The notes under the pieces were generated by a model. The model saw only the letters and a list, made by a program, of their open reading frames with translations. It was not told where the DNA came from and searched no databases. Source: Infirmifilum sp. (GTDB lineage: Archaea > Thermoproteota > Thermoprotei > Thermofilales > Thermofilaceae). Taken from it: DNA of 14,602 nt. Shown here in pieces: positions 8,701 to 14,602 of the stretch; position 1 is the stretch's first letter; each line of letters starts with the position of its first letter. The stretch lies in the NCBI GenBank assembly GCA_041287245.1, contig JBEULP010000107.1, forward strand, positions 1-14,602. Direction: 5' to 3'. The translations under genes and the position numbers were made by a program.

Positions 8701-9080
8701 AGGAGGTACCTGAGCTTGACGTCTCGGACCCCTTCGAGGATTTTTAAAAGCTTCTCGCGGTACTCCGCCACCTTCTCATCTCTGATAGGCGGAAGAGTCA
8801 CCTCGTGCAGAGGGTTTATAGTGTTCCTCAAGACAGCCTCCCTGCAAGGGAAAACTCCACTCTGATACTTATCCCGGAAAAACATGGATAGGATCTGCCT
8901 GTCCACGCTCGAAGCCAGGGCGTCGGCAGCCTTAACCTCCCTCGGAATAGAGTCTATGTCCAGAGGCTTCAAATACCTCAAAGCCTCCTCCTCGTGGTTC
9001 CTCCCTTCCAGCAGAAGCCAAGGCTTGTTAGGCGGGTCGTGCAGCAGCGCGGCAATCTTAAGCCTGAAAAGCTCCTCCAA
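5718..9080 (-). CDS. cas10: Type III-B large subunit Cas10/Cmr2 (HD nuclease + cOA synthase palm domains)
   Basis: 1120 aa. KIAALLHDPPNK, AD..ASSVDR and PADTR.P.HTVFDH form the permuted HD domain. Also VQEFVASSRKLRDAWASSYL, Zn finger CTVC/CPWC, LADGDSMG and LYAGGDDL (GGDD at 6564-6575). TTG start with a GGGGTGA ribosome-binding site. Confidence 0.97.
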   Translation of the reverse strand: MEELFRLKIAALLHDPPNKPWLLLEGRNHEEEALRYLKPLDIDSIPREVKAADALASSVDRQILSMFFRDKYQSGVFPCREAVLRNTINPLHEVTLPPIRDEKVAEYREKLLKILEGVRDVKLRYLLLYSLYEALWIDMGLPVGPADTRTPTHTVFDHNYATATALNWVYLSGGSGSEAGVEGTIVGLDAAGVQEFVASSRKLRDAWASSYLVSALLWYTLIPLVDAFGPDVVITPSLRLNPFFVDWVSSKLKGLGEEVQKALERLLDVTYLYHEQLREMRDELGVPPYAVFPERATLILPPADVVRKVLGKDIKEFLEERFRKGWSELFELAKASSGRPSGLVGEFLTRVFEYYDRYFNGSGFEENPPLLLRVEVVEVKHDASLSRHELYDHYYTELSKKLSMRKWKKIDPEFRLDLQGLTERAFVTPLGAPKQSERGFDYCTVCGKLPALVVLPSESDGGVVDEYAFYVYGFLVKKWDPQKISEELEKIRAGTASAPEEYLKWREEKSAELESLKVVFTPGERLCPWCFVKRILSINPQLFKLLVTGASPTGALPLSRSSFSFPSVSDIASLRLKEKVVRKVLAGEEGLLDDLKSLVRGLLESKEALNQVRTAQRPWWAERELVKEIQGKLREGRGGHEEGEAGLVLEIVLKGNPESMWLGEGVAQRGWLATLAKYKLSGYLWRYYGLILADGDSMGDLLEGNLEALNRMKGECGKDEKLPSVVKSIISSWGSCELERLLNGLVAEENREKIKEMWSQKLAGELCATPEECMELLNSIEEKLSKIVQGEPPKREPGKIPLTISYHTAISSALMRAALIDVILVSKHGGFVLYAGGDDLMALLPVDSIPELVYESRAAFAGAPLEISEDKSVRCEDGFLKVKEASLPLLPGVGRSYYAGVVHYLYPLNLVMHRARSMLKLAKNEMETQVYYSSGAVERLAKDMLLVDYLPRRTGSFTGLQLSFYRVSHISAFDRRRGTKAYLGGVGYSAKLLKNLLDRVSGFSGNALYSTSLLYDVDGANDMLVEATRQYPELVHSLVDRILERNMATGKKSVGSGWDLLESGALDIKEDAASKNKDLSERTLASVVKVERGEENRDEVELHFFTSLAQATRFLLGGMG

Positions 9081-9084
9081 GCTC

Positions 9085-9993
9085 TCACCCCCTCACATAC
9101 TTATACTCAACCAGCTCGAACCTCGAATAGCCCAAGCTAGTCTTAGCCCCCACACCCCGGGCCAGCGCGTAAAGAACCGCCCGGTCCACAAGCGGGACAA
9201 GGTTAACGTCGCCGCCCCTCTTACTGACGGCTTCCATTAGATCCTCCTCCAGTATATGCTCGACACACTCCAGTTTATGATCGCCACCCGGCCTCTCATC
9301 AGACAACTTCCTCCTCAACTCGCTGTTGAAGTAAACGTAAAACTCGAACTGAACCTCCCTAGCCACCGTAAGAAACGGGACAGGGTTAGGAGATACATCC
9401 AACTCGTCCTTGGCACCCGGGTAGTGCGGGGTCAGCACATCAGGCTCAAAGAGCAGCCCGTCGACCCCCAACGCCACAGGATACGCATCCGTAACCCCCA
9501 CCAGGCCAACAGAGTCATTTGAGCCGAACACGCAGTCGGCGATTTCTTCTGCTTTCTTCAACCCCTTTTCTTTTTCCGCTAGCCTAAAAAGAGCATCGCG
9601 AAAAGCACCCTTAAGGCTCGAACCCGGAATATAAGGCAGGTTCAACACAGGGTCAAACGAGAGCCCCACCTCGAACGGAATCTTACCGAAAACACCCCCC
9701 GCGCCCGCCAAAACCCTCCACTGAGCCTTAACCCGGCAAACCTTAAGGCTGTAACCGTACGCCTGCAGCGCCTCCAGAACACCCCTTAGTAGGCTTTCAG
9801 ACCTCAGAACCCCAGGATAGTTCCGCGTAGCAGAAACGACGTCCTCCAAAAGCCTCCGCTTCCCCTCGGCGTATTCCCTATCAAGACCTTTAATTTTATT
9901 CTCGATGACACGTCTCCCCTCGAGGGTCAGGTATGTGAATAGATTTGTATCAGGTTCAACGCGTGAACCCCTCTTTTCTCCGGAACTAATCAT
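9085..9993 (-). CDS. cmr6: Type III-B RAMP subunit Cmr6
   Basis: 302 aa with FEVGLSFDPVLNLPYIPGSSLKGAFR, DAYP, DVLTPHYP, PNPVPFLTV and GVGAKTSLGYSRF. AGGAGGGG ribosome-binding site. Confidence 0.95.
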   Translation of the reverse strand: MISSGEKRGSRVEPDTNLFTYLTLEGRRVIENKIKGLDREYAEGKRRLLEDVVSATRNYPGVLRSESLLRGVLEALQAYGYSLKVCRVKAQWRVLAGAGGVFGKIPFEVGLSFDPVLNLPYIPGSSLKGAFRDALFRLAEKEKGLKKAEEIADCVFGSNDSVGLVGVTDAYPVALGVDGLLFEPDVLTPHYPGAKDELDVSPNPVPFLTVAREVQFEFYVYFNSELRRKLSDERPGGDHKLECVEHILEEDLMEAVSKRGGDVNLVPLVDRAVLYALARGVGAKTSLGYSRFELVEYKYVRG

Positions 9994-9995
9994 GT

Positions 9996-11483
9996 TTACC
10001 CCCTCCTAGAACCACAACACTTCTCGACAAGATCCCTAGTCGTCTGAAAAGCTTTCTGAAATACTATCTCGAGAGCTTCCTCAGGGTTTTTACCCTTCAG
10101 TTCTTTACTCTCTAATACAGCTTCGCCTGCTTTCCTAGGGAAACGCCGTAGATATAATTCTTTTACAGGCCAGTCGTTACTGAGAAAACCGTAAATAATA
10201 ATGTACTTCTTGTTCTGACCCTCCCACACCTTAAACCCTATCGCAGAAGCACGTCTACCAGCATCTTCCGTTTTACCGTACAGGAAGTATCCTGTCTCAA
10301 CAATGAGTTTATTATCTTTTTTGGAAAGTTTAGCTCTAGGGAGGCCGAGAATCCATGTGTATAAAGATGTTGCCGAAGCCTTCTCTTTTTCTTTCCACTT
10401 TTGCTTAAGCGTAGCGTTACCAATACATTCCAAAATGCTTACAGTATCTTTGTTGCTACAATCTAGAACCTCTATCTTAAAGTACCTTTCTGGCAGCAAC
10501 GTTGGAACTTTCGGCATACCCTCAGGAATCTTTTCTCTATTAGAGGAATAAATACTAGCTGCCAGGTTGCTGACATGCCTTACATACTCTTCAATATTTG
10601 CCTTAAGCTGTTGCGCATCTTGGGCTCCCAGAATATTGTTAAACATTTTTTTCTCCTCCCGCAGCCACTCGTACTCATCATTGAACTTTACGTCAGAAAC
10701 AATTATTGAACCGAATCCTCTCTTCGTGATGCTGCCCACACCACCGAGAACCATAGAGAGTAGAAACGTCGCAACACAAAACCGTAGCTCATTCGCCGAG
10801 ATTTTACTATGACTTACATCCAGGAACAGCTTCACTCGAAGGGGTATCCTACAATCCATAGTCGTGCTTTCACGGCAACCATTACATGCTAAGTAAAAGG
10901 CTATCGCTTCTTCTATCTTTTTTTCCAGGTTAGCGCCCATTAATAAAAGCTTATACCTGGGAATCCTCTCCATCGTATTATTAACACACTCAAAAACCTC
11001 ACGCAGTTTTTCCAGAGATATAGTTTTAGGGAAATTCTTTTTCTGTTGACAACTATAGTAGTATCGTTTTAAATTATCTAACAATTCCTTCAATTCGTCT
11101 CCTCTATTTCTTTTCACCCGCTTGTATTCTTCTAAAATACAGGTGACAGCTGAGACAAGATCATCTAGATCTTCGCGGGAATCGACCTCAACGTTTATTG
11201 TGAATAAGGAGCGTTGCTTCGTACTTCCGAGATATTTTTCGACTTTCACATCCAATTCGTCGTACTTTCTTTGGCCCTTGAAAGCCGCAGACGCAGCTAC
11301 TCGTAACCACCATCTCCACAAAGCCTTGAATTCTGAGGGCCTAGGTGGCTCGTAAAGCCGCAAGTCTTTACTAAAAGGAGACGCCTTGTACCCCCCTATT
11401 CTCGGCAACAGTAAGGCGGCATTAACTTCTACCAACTGATCATTCCTACGAAGTTTCTCCTGAAGTTCTCCCAGCCTACTCAT
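9996..11483 (-). CDS. cmr1: Type III-B RAMP subunit Cmr1
   Basis: 495 aa with PRIGGY, RPSEFKALWRWWLR, LGST..RSLF, GGVGSITKRGFGS, ILGLPR and GRRASAI. It overlaps the end of cmr5 by 8 nt and has a GAGGAGAGG ribosome-binding site. Confidence 0.92.
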   Translation of the reverse strand: MSRLGELQEKLRRNDQLVEVNAALLLPRIGGYKASPFSKDLRLYEPPRPSEFKALWRWWLRVAASAAFKGQRKYDELDVKVEKYLGSTKQRSLFTINVEVDSREDLDDLVSAVTCILEEYKRVKRNRGDELKELLDNLKRYYYSCQQKKNFPKTISLEKLREVFECVNNTMERIPRYKLLLMGANLEKKIEEAIAFYLACNGCRESTTMDCRIPLRVKLFLDVSHSKISANELRFCVATFLLSMVLGGVGSITKRGFGSIIVSDVKFNDEYEWLREEKKMFNNILGAQDAQQLKANIEEYVRHVSNLAASIYSSNREKIPEGMPKVPTLLPERYFKIEVLDCSNKDTVSILECIGNATLKQKWKEKEKASATSLYTWILGLPRAKLSKKDNKLIVETGYFLYGKTEDAGRRASAIGFKVWEGQNKKYIIIYGFLSNDWPVKELYLRRFPRKAGEAVLESKELKGKNPEEALEIVFQKAFQTTRDLVEKCCGSRRG

Positions 11484-12030
11484 TTGTCCTCTCCTCTGAC
11501 TCGAATACCGCTTCGCATAGCCTCTTAAACTCTAATAGAAAAGATAAGAGAAGCTCTTCTGCCTCGAACCTAGCAGGGGAGCCTGAGAAGGCATTGAGAT
11601 AATCCAACAAATTCTGTGTGAATTCTTTCTCTGCTTTTTCTTTATTGTCCGCCAATGGCGTCTCTAATCTCAAACTGGCTCCTCCTATGCTCCCGTAATT
11701 ATTCCTATACAAGTACCAGAGAATAACGTAGGCATATAGAGCATAGCCGAGTTCCTCCTCCCCCTTTATCTCGCTTAACACCTCAGCCTTTTTCCTTCCT
11801 TCGAGGACATCAACCACCTCCATGAGATTCTTAACCCCCGCCTTAGCAAGGCAAAAGCTCAACGCAGTGGGAAGCCCCAGTTCGACAATAAGCCCTGGCA
11901 TCTCACGGGCTCTAGCTCTCAGCTTTGACCCTGCCTTCTTACGCCCTGAGTCAGCTATGATCCTATGAATCTTTATGAAGACTTCTAGCGCCTGTGCAAC
12001 GGGCGTCCTTTTAGCCTCTACCAACGACAC
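11476..12030 (-). CDS. cmr5: Type III-B small subunit Cmr5 (Cas11)
   Basis: Helical protein with LRARAREMPGLIVELGLPTALSFCLAKA, GYALY and LLEFKRLCEAVF. Start is probably GTG 12030, 6 nt after a GAGGTG site that overlaps the cmr4 stop, rather than 12039; 184 aa. Confidence 0.9.
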   Translation of the reverse strand: MSLVEAKRTPVAQALEVFIKIHRIIADSGRKKAGSKLRARAREMPGLIVELGLPTALSFCLAKAGVKNLMEVVDVLEGRKKAEVLSEIKGEEELGYALYAYVILWYLYRNNYGSIGGASLRLETPLADNKEKAEKEFTQNLLDYLNAFSGSPARFEAEELLLSFLLEFKRLCEAVFESEERTNE

Positions 12031-12040
12031 GGCTCCCACC

Positions 12041-13162
12041 TCAATATATCGGTGTGACTCTTACAATACCCTTGCCGATGGTCTCGTGCCCCCCAAGTAT
12101 CAAGTAGCCTCGCAGGTCTCCACTTAATAGGCCAAGCACAAACGACTTAAGGTCAGAGGCTATAGCCTCATTAATCTTAGGAATGTCCTGCCCCTCGGTC
12201 AAAGACTTTATATTTTCTTTAACTTGGATTCCCAACTCCTCGAGCACCGACAGGTACTCCTTAAAACCTACCTCGGAGTTCTGCCTAGACGCGCCCCCCT
12301 CCTCTGGTGAGTACTTTGCATCCCTCACGCCATTTTCCTTGAGCTTCAAAAACCTCTGTACAAATTCCCGTGAAAGCGGGGGACGCTTAAAAAGCACAAC
12401 AGTGACAAACCTGGTCCCGCTGGGGACGTACTCCTCCGTCCACAAACCCCCATGGGCAACAGTCTTTTTCTCCCTATCAAGCCTCACGCGCGTAACCCTG
12501 AGCAACCCCCTCTCGATTAAGACCCTGGCCCTCTCGTCGTCCAGCACCAGAACTGGCTTCTCGAGGTCCAACCACTTTAAAGCCCGACTTGATGACTCAT
12601 ACTCGACCCGCTGGTCGGTCAACACGAGGCTTCCGCTCGCGACTTTACACTTTAGACACAAAGCCTTCCCACTCGTGTGCTTATCCTCGGCCTCATTGAT
12701 AATCTCCTGCAACACACCATTACTCTCATTTTTCAAACCCGCTAGAGCCACATATTCACCTAGTCTCCTCAGAAGCCGAGGCGAGGTCACATAGACATAA
12801 GCGGGGCTTAGGCTGCGCACAGGCATAGCTAGAAGATAAGCGTCCAGGACAGCTACGCTGGACTCAAACTTCTCCTCCGTTGTTGGCTCAGGCCCCAGGA
12901 GCGCCTCAACCCCCATCGTCGCGGTATTCTTGTCTAAGCCACGCTTCAACAACGCCCAGAGAATCGCTGTTTTCAACGCCCCCTTCAGACTGCTGCCATA
13001 GACCGCTGGAAACCCAAGCTCGTCACGCTGGACGGGAAGGTCGACCACGCCGCCGCTCCTCCCAGCCCCCACGTGCAGGTTAGTCACAGCCTCCAAAAGC
13101 AAGACTCCATGCTCAGAGTACACTGAAGGCGCAGAAAAAATAGTATTTTGGCTTTGCGCCAT
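12041..13162 (-). CDS. cmr4: Type III-B backbone target-RNA nuclease Cmr4
   Basis: LHVGAG...VVDLPVQRD (catalytic Asp present), P.VYGSSLKGALK, DAYLLAMPVRS, RVRLD...KTV...GLWTEEYVP and LGGHETIGKG. Start is probably ATG 13162 (MAQSQ), 22 nt below a TATA box, rather than TTG 13183; 373 aa. Confidence 0.96.
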   Translation of the reverse strand: MAQSQNTIFSAPSVYSEHGVLLLEAVTNLHVGAGRSGGVVDLPVQRDELGFPAVYGSSLKGALKTAILWALLKRGLDKNTATMGVEALLGPEPTTEEKFESSVAVLDAYLLAMPVRSLSPAYVYVTSPRLLRRLGEYVALAGLKNESNGVLQEIINEAEDKHTSGKALCLKCKVASGSLVLTDQRVEYESSSRALKWLDLEKPVLVLDDERARVLIERGLLRVTRVRLDREKKTVAHGGLWTEEYVPSGTRFVTVVLFKRPPLSREFVQRFLKLKENGVRDAKYSPEEGGASRQNSEVGFKEYLSVLEELGIQVKENIKSLTEGQDIPKINEAIASDLKSFVLGLLSGDLRGYLILGGHETIGKGIVRVTPIY

Positions 13163-13184
13163 AAAAAAATAACCAAAATCCAAT

Positions 13185-13192
13185 TATATAAA
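13185..13192 (-). promoter_or_regulatory. TATA box of the cmr operon
   Basis: TTTATATA on the minus strand lies 22 nt upstream of ATG 13162. Confidence 0.6.
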
Positions 13193-13223
13193 TCTACTCC
13201 AAACACGTAAAAACACTATACAC

Positions 13224-13477
13224 GCCCACCTCGAGGCCAGCGGCTTTCCGGTGCCTCCCGAAAGGGTCATCTACAGGGGAGGCGGCGTGATACTCCTGCT
13301 GCTGCCCGCGGGCTGGGTGAAGGGGTGAAGAACAGGGTTTGCGAGTACGAGGATAGCACCGGCTTGACGGCCCTCGCCCCCGCGGGCGCTGCCCAGCTCG
13401 CCGACATCCTTGTCTTAATCAAGCTCCTGAGGGGTGGGGTGCAATGGTCGAGTTCAAGCTCAGGCTCCGGGCCGTGA
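13224..13477 (+). pseudogene. Remnant of a second cas10 (type III-D/III-A-like): a palm-1 fragment joined to a probable C-terminal fragment
   Basis: 13224-13328 reads AHLEASGFPVPPERVIYRGGGVILLLLPAGWVKG*, resembling the degenerate palm-1 motif (P.E.hhY.GGG.hhLLhP) of Csm1/III-D Cas10. 13325-13477, in another frame, reads VKNRVCEYEDSTGLTALAPAGAAQLADILVLIKLLRGGVQW...*, a helix ending in GG over the next gene's ribosome-binding site, like a Cas10 C-terminus. Confidence 0.55.
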
Positions 13478-13599
13478 CGCTCCCAACAGGGCTTCCTGTC
13501 ACCATAGAGGGGCACGTTGCTGTCGGGTTGAACGCGCTACTCGACCTTGAAACATATTATAAGCTCCTCGAAGGTGGTTCGTCACGAGCTACGAGATGA
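13444..13599 (+). pseudogene. 51-aa internally deleted or fused RAMP-gene remnant
   Basis: Below the track's size range. GGGGTG site, then MVEFKLRLRAVTLPTGLPVTIEGHVAVGLNALLDLETYYKLLEGGSSRATR*. The N-terminus looks like a RAMP first strand (h.h.L.h.A.T), and its TGA overlaps the next ATG (ATGA, 13596-13599). Confidence 0.5.
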
Positions 13600-14449
13600 A
13601 GTTTATTGGAAGGTTGTCTTTCACAGCCAGGACTCCCATACACATCGGGGGGTCAGGGAGGGCAATTTCCTTTATATCCTAAGACTCAGCGATGGGCGTC
13701 TCATAATTCCAGCTAGTTCTTGGAAGGGGGCGCTCCGAGCCCTAGCAGAGAGGCTTGCAACTTCAATGCCCCTCAGCGTGCTCGAGAGGCTGGCCCTCCA
13801 AATAGACCTCTCCGATGACCCTAGGAGGTCAGCGGAGCCGCTACTGACCAACTTCAGGGAAGCCCTTACAGGCAAGAGCTCCCCACCCTTCACCTCAGAG
13901 GATGTGAAACGAATTCTCCTAGATATCGGCTACAGAGAAGTACCAGGCGACGTCGACGATCCTTTAGGCGCTCTAGTGGAATATCTATCGTACTACACCC
14001 CCACGGGTAGACTCTTCGGAAACCGCGTGAGAGCAGCCTCCCTTAGATTCTTTGACACCATACTCAACACCCCTACCCAGCGGAGACCCGGTGTTGGGAT
14101 CGACCGGAAGACCCTCACAGTCAAGGAGAACGTGCTCTACCAGGTCGAGGCCACGGAGCCCGGGATCCGCGTCCCCCTGGTACTGGTGGGCGAGGTGGAA
14201 AGGGTGGGCAGCGCCCCCGCGAAGCTGCTCGCCTCCACCCTCGAGGCTGTGAAGGAGGTCGGCCTCTCCATCGGCGCCAGGAAGAGCGCTGGCCTCGGCC
14301 TACTCGAGCTCGAGCACGCAGAGTTCCACGTGGTGAAGGTGGGCAAGGAAGGCGACGCTCGCGGAGCCCTCCTCGCCAACCCCCTCAAGGCACGCCCAAC
14401 CACACTGGAGAACTTCACAGCAATACTCCGCGGCCACAGCGAGGCCTAA
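13596..14449 (+). pseudogene. Cas7-group RAMP protein (Csm3/Csx7-like), frameshifted in a G6 run
   Basis: ATG 13596 reads MKFIGRLSFTARTPIHIGG (RAMP TP.HIG motif) but stops at TAA 13680-13682. One extra G in the run at 13647-13652 joins it to VREGNFLYILR...IIPASSWKGALRALAE...GRLFG...LRFFD...RPGVGIDRKT...LYQVE...IGARKSAGLG, giving 284 aa. The track's start at 13547 is artefactual. Confidence 0.85.
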
Positions 14450-14489
14450 AAGACAACGCCCGTCGCCCCCCAGAAACCAGCCTTCCCAG

Positions 14490-14602
14490 TTACTCCCCCC
14501 TGGCACGCTTGACACGGGCGTACGCTTTCCTCAGCAGCCTGTACGCCAGGTAGAGGACCAGCCAGGCGAAAAGGGGCGTCAGAGGGTTATACGAGGGCAC
14601 CA
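14490..14602 (-). CDS. C-terminal end of a membrane protein (partial; gene starts beyond the window)
   Basis: The minus strand reads ...VPSYNPLTPLFAWLVLYLAYRLLRKAYARVKRARGE* (stop at 14490-14492), a hydrophobic helix followed by a strongly basic tail. Confidence 0.55.
   Translation of the reverse strand, partial: VPSYNPLTPLFAWLVLYLAYRLLRKAYARVKRARGE

Noticed and set aside
5718..9080. Possibility of a catalytically dead or non-cOA (SAM-AMP type) Cas10
   Set aside because: HD and GGDD motifs are intact, and the neighbours are cA4-type CARF proteins. No CorA, NrN or SAM-lyase gene is visible in the window.
5772..13083. Plus-strand ORFs opposite the cmr genes (e.g. 7252..7668, 8080..8451, 12183..12794)
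   Set aside because: Antisense shadows of well-supported genes, Ser/Pro-rich and without motifs.
13267..13515. 82-aa minus-strand ORF
   Set aside because: Antisense to the Cas10/RAMP remnants on +, with no motif or start signal.
13547..13652. Track N-terminus MKHIISSSKVVRHE... of the 300-aa ORF
   Set aside because: Wrong frame. The RAMP TPIHIGG motif, the ATG and the ATGA overlap are in the frame starting at 13596.
13672..14515. ORFs 13672..13893, 14052..14252, 14137..14418 and 14300..14515
   Set aside because: Antisense or out-of-frame overlaps of the Cas7-group gene.
1..14602. CRISPR array
   Set aside because: I found no series of identical 24-37-nt repeats with unique spacers in any intergenic region (608-842, 1659-1843, 3512-3843, 13163-13595).
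1..14602. IS element, transposase, tRNA or rRNA
   Set aside because: I saw no transposase or integrase motifs, long terminal inverted repeats or cloverleaf patterns.

Overview
Archaeal CRISPR-Cas defence locus with a Thermoproteales/Thermofilum-like style: TATA boxes, leaderless first genes and GGGGTG/GAGGTG ribosome-binding sites. The core is an apparently intact type III-B (Cmr) operon on the minus strand (cmr4-cmr5-cmr1-cmr6-cas10/cmr2-cmr3, 4672-13162), and Cas10 keeps its HD, Zn-finger and GGDD motifs. Beside it are cas6, a Csx1 CARF-HEPN ribonuclease, and a divergently transcribed APE2256/Sso1393-type CARF protein (probable ring nuclease), so a full cyclic-oligoadenylate synthesis/effector/degradation circuit appears to be present. 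No CRISPR array and no cas1/cas2/cas4 are in the window. The ORF track misses a collapsed relic of a second type III module at 13224-14449 (+): two Cas10-like fragments, a 51-aa deletion-fusion ORF, and a Cas7-group RAMP gene frameshifted in a G6 run. The left edge holds two convergent, truncated pseudogenes (P-loop ATPase and GNAT acetyltransferase). The right edge holds the C-terminus of a membrane protein.
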